Of a stretch of DNA of 64,000 bases, positions 38,424-51,400 are shown in pieces. Position numbers and translations under genes: made by a program. The stretch's first letter is position 1; every line of letters starts with the position of its first letter. The stretch spans positions 7,611,882-7,675,881 of the forward strand of contig CAJINV010000003.1 in assembly GCA_905178155.1 (NCBI GenBank), read 5' to 3'. The notes under the pieces are model-generated. The model had not been told where the DNA came from, searched no databases, and was given only the letters and a program-made list of their open reading frames with translations. This stretch comes from Amoebophrya sp. A120. Its lineage: Eukaryota > Protista > Dinoflagellata.

Positions 38424-39475
38424 ATTTGGCTTCCTCGTTCTGCTTCCTCCAGCTTCGGCCGGAAAAAGTAAATCAGAACTCCTCGATGTGTCAGACGTTC
38501 AACGAACGGCGCACCCGTGGCCGTCACAGATCCAGGTGATGTTGTTGTACCTCCATGCTTGCAAATTAATTGTGCTCCTCGCTGCGATTTTTTGTTCACT
38601 TCGATGTCGATCTACAAAAAAACATGCTGGTGTAAAAGTAACTATTCTTCTATGCCAATACAACTACACAAAAACACAACTCGCGCTTGCCTAGTATCTC
38701 GAAACAGCAAGGCACCAAAAGAGACTACCAACCTGCATTTTCAGAGGTTCAAGTTCATGATTTGCCGTATAGACTTCGGCCCATCATTATTTCGACGCAG
38801 TGAAAGTGATGCTCAAATCAATCATACAACACGACAGCACGTGAATGTTCTCACGAATGACGAGTCCTTACCTTAGCCTCCTCGACAAGCACTGATCCAA
38901 AAAAGGCTCACCGGATTCGAACGCACGGTTTTGGCAAGAAGAACGAGAAAAATGCACGAAATCGATCTGACTCTGAGGACGAAACGGCTGCGAACTACAA
39001 TTCACTTTAGAGGATAGCTTTTTTTACGACACGGTCCGCGATCTGTGCTACAACTACGGGTGACTGGAGTCATCAACCGGCGAACAATTGGTAACTTCAC
39101 TTCGCTGACTCGTAATAAGCACGCGTCTGGCTCTGGCATGGGCAGCTTTTCATTAAAAGCGACCTCAACTGGTGAAATAACATCCTTCCTCGCCTTGGCA
39201 ACGCCCGACCGTACCACATTACCGTCTACGCGCGATATTTCAGATTGTTTTAGTTTCTTGATTCTAATCATGTTAGAATCTATCGTTAGATTTATTCGAA
39301 AGTAGTTGAGTGTGCAGAAAGTGCATCAGCAGAAAACGTCAAAAGATATTCGCAAAAAATCCGATGTTAAAACGAAGTTGGGCACACTTCTCAGACAAAA
39401 ATGCGACCGCCAAAAGCTGCGACCGCCACCGGCTCGAGTACAACTCTCAAGTCGCGTCATGGACGAGTCTCCGCG

Positions 39476-42400
39476 CTAGAGCATCCATTTGTAGAAGGCG
39501 ACCTGGCGGCGCAGCGCCTCCAACTCATGTTGCTCGGCGATGGACTCGATAGTCCGAAACACCAGCTTCACGTCGCGCGTGGGGACCGCATTGGAGAGGG
39601 TAGAGGAACAGTAGATACAGTATTCGAAGAGGTGGTCGTCCTTGAGCTTGCGGCAGTTGCCGCACGTTAGCGTCTGCGACTGGAAGCTGCTGACCACCTT
39701 GTGCAGGCAGTCGATCAGCCGGAGCTCCATCTGGTCCGTGGAAAACGTCGCCGCGGAACAGGCCACGCACCACCACTTGCCGGGCTCGTCGTAGGGATTC
39801 GTGGCCACATCTACATCGTACACCACGGAGCAGCCGGGGCATTCGCAGTTCGGAATCTTCAGACTCAAGTAGTTCGGCCGCCACTGCTCCCGCAGCACGT
39901 GCGGTTCGTCCAGCTTCAGGGTCTGCAAGACGAGGATGTGAAATAGCTTGTCGCAAGACTCCGCCAACTTTGCGTCCAGCTTCAGAAACGTCATCAGCAG
40001 CTGAGCCCACTCGAGTCCGACCGCGCGCCAAGGTCGTAGCGGAGGCGGCACATTCGCAAACTCCCACTTCTTGCCCAGGGTGTGCAATAAACTCTCCCAG
40101 TCCCGCAGCTGCTTCAGCTCCTGTCCGCGCGCCAGCCCCCGCCCCGGATCATCCGGGTCCCGCAGCTTCTTTCTGCGACGCGCAGCTGCTCCACCTCCCG
40201 TGGTCTTCGCGAGGATTTGGCTCTTTAGTGTGACACCCACGTCCTGGAACACCTGGACCAAGCGCGAATTCTTTTCTTGCATCTCGTGTTGCCGCTCGGC
40301 ATCCAGGTCACCGGCGTCATCACTTCCATGAAAGACTTCGTCCGGGTCGTTACTTCCACCGCCCGCGCCGTCGGCTCGGTCCTCCTCCTCGTCCTCGAAC
40401 TCGGAATCGTCCGAGTCCAAGCGATCTGCGTTCTGTTCCAGTTCTTGAATCTGGTGCCGCAAGTGCTCAGCCTTGGCCTCGTCCTCGCTGCGGTCCAGGG
40501 GTAGCCGGCGCAGGTACACCTGCGCCCGGCGTGCCAGGTCCTGATTCAGGAACTCCTATCCTGTGTAAAAACGTCCCCAACCCAGAGTTGTCATGTAAAT
40601 GTGCAATGACAGGAACATTTGTAATGCGGATCTGCATGAGAGGCACTTCCAATCGTGTCTTGGACTTTGTAATGCTGTAAACAGGATGAGAGGCTGGCTT
40701 TCTCATGCGGCTGCCCTTGCTGGACAGCACGACGCTACAGATGGAAACTTGTCATGCAAAGCTCCCAAAACTTGGAGATTTGCGTTGCAGATTTACCAAC
40801 TTGACTATGGGGTGGGGACGTTTTTACACAGGATAACTCCTCGAGTTTCGCCACCATGTCCTCCTCGATCGTTTCAGTATCACCTGTAAAAATGTCTGGG
40901 TCTGGAAGAATCCAACTTGTCATGCTGATTAATTTTGGATTCTAAAAAAATCTGTATTGCATGAGCAGCAAAGAGAGCCCAAGTTTTGCTGCACGGAAAG
41001 AGCATTTGTCATGCGGCACAGGCATCAGAAAGCCCTCACAAAATCTGTGATGCTAGGGCATGCATCACAGACATCAGGAGTCATGCAAAATGTGCATGAA
41101 AAACCTGGCAATCTTCCAGACGCAGACATTTTTACGTTTGGTATTCAGCGACCAGGTGCATCTTGCGGCCGCCCACGCGGACCGACTCCTGCTTCCGCTC
41201 GTACGCGAACTGCATGGCACACCGGAGGTACTCCTCGAGAAAGAGACCGAGCGACCGCTGGACGCCCTGGGGCAGCTGCTCGCACCCCAGCGCTTTCCAC
41301 TCGGCGCGGTCGAACGCCACTGCGCCCTTTTCCATCTCAACGTAGGTGCCGTCCTCCGAGACCACGTCCGCAAGCGGGATGGAAAAGCCCACGTAGTGCT
41401 GCGGGTCGTACCACATCAGCCCGTAGTACGCCTGGTCAACGCAGTGCTCGTGCAGACAGCACTCGAGAAGCTTCAGTAGCGGGTCCTGCAGGACCGAGTT
41501 CCGTATCTGCAGAAAGCTGTGCATGGCCTCCTCGAAGGAAAGCTTGCCGGTGGCGATCAGCACCCGGTTGGCCGACGCGTGAATCACCTCGCACTGGTTC
41601 AGCCGCAGCTCGCGCAGGAAGAGCTCGAACCCCTTCTGCGAGTACGCGTTCACGCGCTTCAGCAAAGCCGGGTCGTACAGAAAACTCGCCGGGGAACTCA
41701 GCCAACTGCAGAGGTATTCCGTCAACATGGTAACGGTCTCGTTGTCCCGCTGGGCGTTCTGCAATCGCAGCATGAGCCGCACAACGGCAACGGGCAGATT
41801 CGAAACCAGCATGGGGTTCCCAAGCGCTTGCTCCACGTACTGCTCCACGTTATCCAGCGTGATGTCGAACTCCGCAGCAAAAATTGCCATTTCTTCGAAC
41901 AAGGTTCTCTTCGGCTTGTCTTTATTTTCCCCCTCGTCGCCGTCGTTCTCAAGAACCTCATCGTCGTCGTCCTCGGCGATCAACAAATTGAGTCTCTTTC
42001 GTTTTCTCGTCCTATTTGCAGTGGAGCTGGAACTACCCCCTTCCTGGTAGTTTCCGCCCGGGGAAGCGTCGTGGTCACCAGTAGAGTTATTGCCTTCTTC
42101 ATCATCTCCTTCCACATCCATGGGCTGCACCGCGGCATTTTTTCCTTTGGAACCGGACGCGGAACCGATGCTGCTGGGTCCTCTCTTCACGGGATCGACC
42201 CCACCCAACTCGTGCCATGCGTGCAGGTTCTCCTCTCCAAATTCCGTGATCATGTGGTCCTCCAACAGCAGCTCAAGGTACTCGTCCTTGCAAGCAATCA
42301 GGTCCGCCTTCACCTGTCGTGTCAGCTCGCCGACCGCTTCCGCTTTGAAGACCATGCATCGCACGGCGGACACCAGGGCCTCGATTGCTGGGATACCACA

Positions 42401-45400
42401 CTCCTCGAAGTGCTCCAAAAACTCCTGCTTGTTTTGCTCGCGGTTTTTACGGTACAGCGAGATTTCGGAGTTGAACTCGTCCGCGATCTCCACGGCACTG
42501 TAGATCGCGAAGAAGGTCAACGCGTTGTGCAACTTGAGGTTCAGGCAGACGCTGCGGTACACGCCCGGGTGGTTCTCCTCCTCGATCTTGTCTAGGCCGT
42601 GGAACCGCGCATTGTGCTGGTTCGCGGCCGCACCCCCGCCGCCGGTGCTGTCGAGCAGGCTGCCCAGGTTGCGGGGCAGCAACCGTTTCAAGAACGTGGA
42701 CTTCTGCTCTAAGATGTCCTCCCGCGCCAGCGCGTAGTTTCCCAGGTCGGGGTACTGGTGCGGCGACGCCCAGGTTAGCAGCCCCTTCTCGCGCAGAAAC
42801 CGATTGTACACCACGTCCAACGAAAGCCGCTTTGTGGAGGCCACGTCCTTAGTCGCGAGGGAGCTGCTCAGATTGCAAACCGGCAAGTCCGCCGCGCGAG
42901 CATACGACAGCTGGCCCTGCCACCACTCGTGCCGCTGCTTCACGACTCGCGCGAACCGCTGGATCGCCCAAGCCGGAAACGCAGCGTTGTCGGCCGGGAA
43001 AAATCCGTCCTTCGCTCCCCAGTCGCTCATGGCCACCGGTGATTTGCGCAGAATCGGGAGCTGCTTGATCACGCGAGAAACACCCGCACCTGAGGTCTGC
43101 GGTGCACCCCCGTGGGGCAAGAAGTTTGCCGTCGTACTATGATCCCCACCTCCCGCCGCGAACAGCCCGCCGTCGCCCCCACCGGTACTACTGCAGCCAT
43201 CCGCCTGCTGCCCCGCCGCACCCTGGGCGCCGGACACGTAGTTGCCCACCCCCCGCAGCTCCTTCAACCCAACGTTGGAGTTGAGCACGTAAATCAGGTC
43301 GCCTGCCAGATCCCGAATCTGGGACAAAATGGAATCCGCCTCCTGCTGCAGCTCCTCCCAGTCGCGCACCAGCACCACTTTGGACTCGAGTCGCTCGAGG
43401 AGCTCCTCGTGGCACACCCCGTCGTTGACCAGGTACTTCTGATGCAACGGGAGCACCCGGTAGTACAGGTCGCTCTCTAGCTGCTCCACGTCCACGTCGA
43501 TCCCCGGCGAGGGGCCGGCCAAGACCAGGGAGCAGTGGTTCATGCAGGGGACATACAGCCCGAATACGCACCGCTGCTGGCTCGCCGGGCTCGCGACCGA
43601 CGCATTTGCACTTTTCTCCACAGCGATGTGCAAGAAGGCGTGGCGCGCCAGGCTCTTCTCGAACACCGCGCTGCCAGAGTCGACGGCGGAGAGCAGACCC
43701 GACTCAAGAGAAATATCGTCTTCCGCGGTGGTTGTCCCGCCCGAGCCGCCCGCGCTGGTGAAGATGTTTAGGTCGGAAAACTTCAGCCGCAGCGTCTTTT
43801 TCTGCGCCACGGTTAGCCGGTCGCCGCGCACGGACACGCGGCTGCCACACAGCGACAGAAACTTCAGCAGCAGCGGCTCCTCCGCCTCGTACACCTGCGG
43901 GGTGTTCGCGGTCGTTCCCCCAACTGTGCTGACGCCCATCATTCCACCAGATGCGTGCCCGGTGTCCGCCAGGAGGGACAGCACGTTCTGCTCCAGCTTC
44001 TTGGTTTGGTACTCCGACTCGTTTACGAGAGTCTCCACGATCAGGGACTCGCCCGTCTGCTCATCCTTGAAGGGCTGGTTGCGGGGCGGCCGAACCTTCA
44101 CGGTGCGCGTGTTCCGGGTCTTGGACAGCGGCAGCAACTGCGTGTAGCTGTCCGCGTGCAGAATCTCCTCCTCCTTGCGGATCACGTTGCGATGCTGGTC
44201 CAGAAAGTGCCACTTCACTTTAACGTAGGGTCTCCACGTCGACCTTTGCTTGTTCGGCTGCTGGAGGACAGTCTTGTTCTCGTTCAGAACCACCTCCTTG
44301 ATTTTCCCCTCCCGCGTCAGCGCCGTGGCCTTCCCGCCCGCCGCGTCGTCGTCGTCCTCTGGCTCGTCCACGACGGCAGGTCTTATTTGTTGCGCACGAT
44401 CTTGGCGCTGCCGCATCATGTCCAGCACGCTCTGGTTGTTCTCCGGCGCCTGCTTCGCGGCCGCTTTCGCCCGGGGGGCGCCGTGGTTGACCTCCTGCCG
44501 CAGGTAGTCCAGCGGCACCACTGCGTCCCCGACGGCGGCGTCCTGTAGCCGCAGCGGATTCTGCACGTCCTCGTTTTGCTTCTCGGCGACGCCGAACCGC
44601 ATCAGCCGCTTCATCTCCACCTCGGCCCGGAACAAACCGTGCTCGGGGCTGCTGGTCACACACCACACCGAGAGGACGCCGACGTTCGCCACGCCAGCGA
44701 GCCAGGACAGCGGGATCACCTGCACCGCGCCGTCCATTACAAACTTCACACGGATCTGCGGTCGCTGCTGCGGGTTCTGGTTCACGAACGGCAGCACGGA
44801 GGCCTTGTGGGACTCCCAACTGGGCTGCTGCTCGGGTGGTTCGTGGTTCTGGTGCAGCAAACCTCCACTCCCATACTCGCCGGCCGTCGGAGCTTCGTCC
44901 CGCAGACACCAAATCTCGTCGCCGACGCGAAGCTCGTTGCCCTGCCGCTCCTCCGCCGTTTCCACCGCGACGATCCGCCAGTTACCTGCCCGGATGCGCA
45001 TTTTGTTCCAGTACTCCTCGTCCTTCTTGTCGACTTTCACCTGCTTCAGAGCCTCCTTTGGGTCCTCTATGATCCCGAGATTCTTCAGCGTAGCAGCGTG
45101 CGCAAATTTCGAACCTGGGTAGCGGTTTGCGAGAATCGCGCTCTGGTCTGTGGATCATTTAGATTTAGACAAGAAATGAGTATTTTATATTTTTGCAAGT
45201 ACAAAACATGAAGGGTGTAAGTAGTCTCTTTTGTACGCAGTGCCCCCACCGATCCCTGCACTTCCGCCCCGAAGATCTCGTCCACGGTAACGTCCTCGAG
45301 TGACTTCGGGATGAAGCGCTTTTGCACGTTGGTCATCTTCACCCGCTTTTTCGCCAACTCGAAGCCGTCCTCCATATCACCCAGCGCGGTCCGCGTGCCG

Positions 45401-48400
45401 CGTTTCAACGGGGCGGCGGCCCCCGAGATGGGATCTTTGTCGTCCAGCATGAGCTCAAACATGGTTCCCTGCACGTGGGCGTCGTTCCACTTCTTCTGGA
45501 TCTTCTGCAGCCACTGCGGCAACGGAATCCGCGGAACCGGGTTGCCGTACCGCTGCATCACGGCCGGGATGCATATGATTTTCAGGATGGACGCGCCCAG
45601 CCGCTCCTTGTAGTACCCCCAATCGATGATGTCCCGCATGTCGGTAGAAACCAGATTTTTATCGTTCAGCCACTCCTTCAGATACGTGCGCTTCAGCGAG
45701 TCCTCCAAGTTGAACACCTTCATGGGAATCGCGCGCTCCGTCACCTTCGCGCCCACTGGCTTCCGGGCAATTACCAAATGGCACGTAAGCTTCTCGTCAT
45801 CCAGAATCTGCGGACCGAGGATGTACGCCAACCGCTTCGCGCAACAAATCTGAGTTTTTGCGTTCGATTATCCTTCAAGAACTACATCGTGATCATTCGT
45901 GATAGATATTAGAGAAAGCAGCAGTTCCGCGTTTGTTCAGAAAGTGCAAGAAAACGACCACACGTATGAACGTGTTTGTTTACTCATGGAAGAACTACAA
46001 TGCATGATGATGATGATGATGGTGGCCGAGATGAATGTTGATGATGCTATCGAAAAAAATACCTGCACGGATTTCTGGCCGTCCGCTGTGTCGTTGACGG
46101 ACTTCGACATGGATTTGGTTTCGGATACGAGAAAGGTGATATCGTCGTCCGTGAGAGAGGCCCCGCGGCTATCCAGCACGTCCACCCAGCGATCCGCGAT
46201 GCGGCCCAGCTCCTGGTAGACTTCTGGCCGGGAGGAGCCTTTGAGGAAGGCGCCAGATCTGAAGATTTCATCTTGGAACACCTGAATCATTTTTAACTCG
46301 CCGCGGCGCTTCACCTCAAAGCCCTTCAGCTCCGCGATGCTGCCGTCGTCCTCCCAGACACAGCATCAACTGCAAAAATGTCTGGGTCTGGAAGATTGCA
46401 ACTTGTCATGCTGTTTTTGGACTCTAAAAAATTTTGTATTCGATGACCAGCAAGGGGGGCGCCGTTTGTGCTACACGGACAGGGCATTTCTCATGCGGAA
46501 GGTGCATCAGGAAGCCCTCTAAATGTCTGCGATGCTAGGTCATGCATTACAGGCATCATGGTTCATGAGAAATATGCATGACAGATCTTGCATTCTTCCA
46601 GACCCAGACATTTTTGCATTTCATACACAGTACCTTTTTTTCAGCATCTTGTCCTCGTCCGTGGAGGCAGGCAGGATCATGCAGCGATAGGGCCCGTCGA
46701 CCTCGAACAGGATACTGTTTTCCTTGGACACTTTCCACTCCGTGGCCTTCACGATCTGCGATTTGTTCTTCCCATCCGCGTTGTTCGCGGCCAGAATCTC
46801 CTTCTTTTGCTCCTCGGTGAGGTTCTCCTGGGCCTCCCCGGTTTTCTTGTCCACAAACACCTCCGTGCCGTTCTGGTATTGATGGTTGGCGTACTTTTGG
46901 TCCACCCGCAGATTCAGCACCGAGTTCGGGTACGTCATTTTTAGCTCCTTCCCGGCCTTGGTCTTGAACTTGAACGTGTCAGGGAAGCTTTTCGGGATCA
47001 TGCATGTTATAAGAGTGCCAGGATCTTCGAACTTTTCAAGGTTAAAAAAGTGGCTTTGCCTGGTTTAGGTAGTAGTACTCGTATTGTACTATTATTGTGT
47101 AAGTACGCATGTCGTCTGATTTGACGCATCTTCAGCGAGCGCAGTTTTGAACTACTACAGCCAGCTAGCTTAGCAGGTCGAGTGAATACATTTGGTCAAT
47201 TAATTTCGACGCATGTTCTTTTGCCCTGTCTAGCTTTTTCATTCAACTGTGAAAGTTTCGAAGATCCTGGCGGTTGCATACACCAAATCCCGTCCGTGTC
47301 CAACTCGATGGGCAGCCCTACGCGGTCCACAAACTCGCGCGCCTCGCGAATCAGGTTACTGCCCGTGAAAGTGGTGATCCCCGCCATCTCCATGCTGTGC
47401 CACCTCGCGCCCGTGCGCATCACGTACCCGTAGAAACTGTTCAAGATGCACTTGTGCGCCAGCTGCAGCGAATCGTAGAGCAAGCAGCGGTCGTTGGCCT
47501 CCATGATCTTCACCGGGTCGCCGGACTCAATCGCTTTCTCCTTCTTCTTGCCCTATCCTGTGGCAAAACATCCCCAATTCTGCATGCTCAGCGTGTTTCT
47601 CATGCGGAGCCCCATGAGAAGCGTTTTCTACTCGTGCCTTGGAATTTGTAATGGTGCGCCAATCAGAGTAATAGGCTAGTAGATCTGTGACGCTGCTGAA
47701 CAAGCTAAACACGATTGCACTACGAGGCCACGTTTGTCATGCGCAACAACCTAAGCTGGCTGATTTGTCTAGCAAATCTCCCATCTTGACTATGGAGTGG
47801 GGAAGTTTTTACACATGATATGCCCCACTCCTTGTTCTTCCGCTTGTACACGTACCGCCGGTCGCGGAAGTTGCGGACCGTGTCCACATAGAAACTGTTT
47901 TCCCGTTGGCACACAATATCGACCTTGTCCTCGTAAAGCGAGTTCTTCAACCGCTTGTACACTTTCTGACTGTACGCGCGCGCGGCTGCGATGGTTTCCT
48001 TCGCCTGGTGTTGAGCGATGATTTTTATTTTTCCGCGTTGTGGTCACTAACTGAAGAACGACTGGAAACGCGAAAAAAAAATCGACAAATTTATTGGATT
48101 CTCGAAACAAGCGAAAAAAAAAATAAAGTGCTGTTCATTTAGCAAGCACGAAGTTGATCCGTAGTTGCCCTTCATCACAAGAACAGCTGATTGCCGCACA
48201 AAATGGAGCCCCAGTTTTTATTCCAACTAAAGAGTTTTAATACCTGTTCGGCTTCTGTGAGCTCCTTCCATGGCACGCGGGTGAGCTCTCCCTTCTCACG
48301 GTGGTTGTACTTGTTCTGAGGTTCGGCCAACTTGTGCACCAAGTTCCGCACCTCGCCCTTGGAGGTCTGGAAGAGCTCGTACCGACACTTCCACTCCATT

Positions 48401-51400
48401 TTCCGCTGGCAGTTGTTCGCGGGGTCGTTGTAGGAGCACGACTGGCAGAATTCGGGGGACACCATGGCGCTCGGTTGCAAGCGATTCGACAAAATGATGT
48501 TCGGATACATCGTATGAGAGTGCACAACTCGTCCCCCTGCCCCTCATTTGAAGTGCTTGAGCGGCAACACAAGCAACGGCAGAGATGGATCATGGGCCTT
48601 CCGCATGACAAATCTCCTGCACACGGATTCTATAGTGCTGTTGGAGCTCCCGAAATTTGCACTGCGGACAGAGCTTAGAGCAAGTGCGTGGATTTGCCTT
48701 TTTGCATTTTTACAAATGAGGGGGACCAGGTGGGGTTATGCACTCTCATACATCGCCCCGACATCGAGATGGTAGATCAGCGGGTTGTCGTTCAAAACCA
48801 CCCGCTTCGCTCGCTTTTTGATGGTTTTCCCGCCCTGCTTCACCCCCGCCGTGCCCTCGACCTCTTCCCACTCCACGACCTCGAGCTCGTACGGCATCTC
48901 TTGCTGCATGGCCGCGTCCGTCGGCGTCAGCCCCTCGCCCGCCGGCGTGTACGCCGAGCGCAGGACGCCGAACTTCTCCTTTTCGTAGGCGATTTGGCGC
49001 GCCACCTTTTCGGGGTCGCACAGGGACAACAGCTGCTCCTTCAAAAGGGCCACCTGCTCGTCGAAGTTCGCGACATCCTCGATCTTCGTGTTCTCCTCCT
49101 GTTTATGGATTGCAAAAATATCTGGGTCTGGAAGATTGCACCTTGTAATGCTGTCTTTGGATTCCTAAAAAATCTGTATTGCATGACCAGCAACAGGACT
49201 CCAGTTTGTGTTACGCGTATCGTATCGTTTTGACATTTGACTCCTGTCAGGGTGGCGTTAGAACAGATTTAGCCTCTGCCAATACCGTGGCGTTAGAACA
49301 GATTTAGCCTCTGCCAATACCCTAGGTGGACACCCGTTCCACGCGGAGAGAGCGGAAGGGCATTTCTCATGCGGAGTAGGCATTAGGAAGACGTCTAAAA
49401 ATCTGTGTTGCTAGATCATGCATTAGAGGCATCAATCATCATACAAAATATGCATGACGAGTCTGCATTCTTCCAGACCCAGACACTTTTGCATTTGATA
49501 CTGTTCGCAGAAGAACTTGCAGGTGTCGTACGCCTCGTTCAGCAGCACCTGGAAGGCCGCCGGGTCCAGGCGGAACCGCTCCGGGATGTCCTTGCGGAAC
49601 ACCCCCACCCGCATGCACTCCACGCGCGCCCCCTCGTAGGTCTTCTGCTCGATCAACCGCGAAGTCCCCTTGTGATACTCGATTGCCTGGTCCTCGTGCT
49701 TGTTGGGAAACACCACGTTGCACCGGAACGCCTCGCGCATCAGCAACGACTCGCACAGCGTGCCCGACCCCTTGCGCAGCACGTCGTCGGGGGGAAAGGG
49801 GATGATGGAGCACAGCGCGAAGAGAATGTGCCAGCGTCAGCAGTTGGAAATCGACAGAATGGCTTTTTAAGCTAAAGCGAGCGAACCTAAAAACGCACCC
49901 CATAGGGCACCTTTCGATGCAAGCAATGCCACAGCACACGGAGCGTCTATGTTGTTTGCACTGAAGGAGGCAACTGAGGCAGAATGTAAAAAACCTGACG
50001 AATCTCATGGACGGGGCTGCTGAGAAGCCTGACTGACGCCCTCGGCGTTGCTCTAAACAGCTTGACACTCTCGGCGTCTGGAAAATGTGTAGTCGTGCGC
50101 CGCTTTAGAAAATGTGGATCCAAGGACTACAATGGGTAACAAGTAGAAGTACCATCGATTTTATACATCACAAATCATTTTTTCCGCCTTGCGGACTTCC
50201 AGCGTGACGCACTCCCATAGATGAAGTCGTGGATGTACTTCATGAAGAGGTAGTAGGTGGCAAGCGCATCGGACACGGAGTACTCCGCCATTTCCTGGGG
50301 CCGCTCCTGGCAGTAGGGCGTCATCAGCTCCGGGTCCACCTCCACTGGGTCGTACTTGAGTTTGTATTTGGTCACCGCCTTCAGGCCGCGACTCCCCATC
50401 GGCAGGTAGGAGTCTCGCTGCACCCAGGCGTAGCAGTCCAGATGCACGATCCACTTACCGGTGAAGAACCCCTGCCGCTGCAGCGCGATGCCCACCTCCT
50501 TGTACATGATCGTGGACCAGCCCGGCTGCTCCGGGCCGGTGTACTCGCCCAGCAGGATGTCCGCGCGGGTGCGGACAAAGCCGAAATCGAAGAAGTCCCC
50601 GTTGAACGTGGAGATCACGTGGGGCCCGATCTCCCGGATCAGCTCGAAGAACTTTAGTAGGGTCGCCTTCTCGTTGGGTTCGTTGTAGATTTTGAAGTAC
50701 CCCTCGTACTCCGGCTTCGGCGTGTACTCGAAGTCCGTGATGTCCTCCGAGACGATCTCGCGGTTGACGATGAGAAACCCTAACCCGTCGGCCATGATAT
50801 CAAATGCAAATATGTCTGGGTATAAAATTTGTATTGCATGAGCAGCAAAGAAAATGCAACTTTTCCTACGCGGAGAGGGCATTTGTCACGCGGAATAGGC
50901 ATCGAGAAGCCTTCAAAAAATCTGTGATGCTAGGGCATGCATCACAGACATTATGGCTGCTCATGCAAAACGCGCATGACAAGTCTCAGAATCTTCCTGA
51001 CCCAGACATATTTGCAATTCATACATGAGCGAGATCAGCGAAATGCTGTCCTTCTCCGCGTCGGGAAACTTCAACGGCTCCTATCAACTGCAAATATGTC
51101 TGGGTCTGGAAACTTGTAATGCTGTGTTGGGAATAGTGAATGCTCTGTGATGCACAGCCAAGCATGAGAAATATCTGCGCTTCTTTATGTTGCGTTTTTC
51201 GCATGACAAACTGCGTTTTTGCATGACAGGCAAAAGGGTCTCTTCTTGAACACGCATCATAAACTTCTTGGTCGTGCCAGACAAGCATGGCAAATCAAAA
51301 TCTCGCAATCCTCCAAACCCAGACACTTTTGCATTTCATAGCTCCTTGGTACACTCGATGTCGTAGGCCATGATGCGCCACGAGGGCTTGTCGTCGCACT

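Noticed and set aside
41519-45912. Long plus-strand ORFs (e.g. 41519-42595, 43955-44548, 45322-45912)
   Set aside because: These are antisense shadows of GC3-rich POLE exons with no recognisable motifs.
49252-49321. 35-bp direct repeat as a possible CRISPR repeat
   Set aside because: Only two adjacent copies with no spacer, no cas genes, and a eukaryotic intron context.
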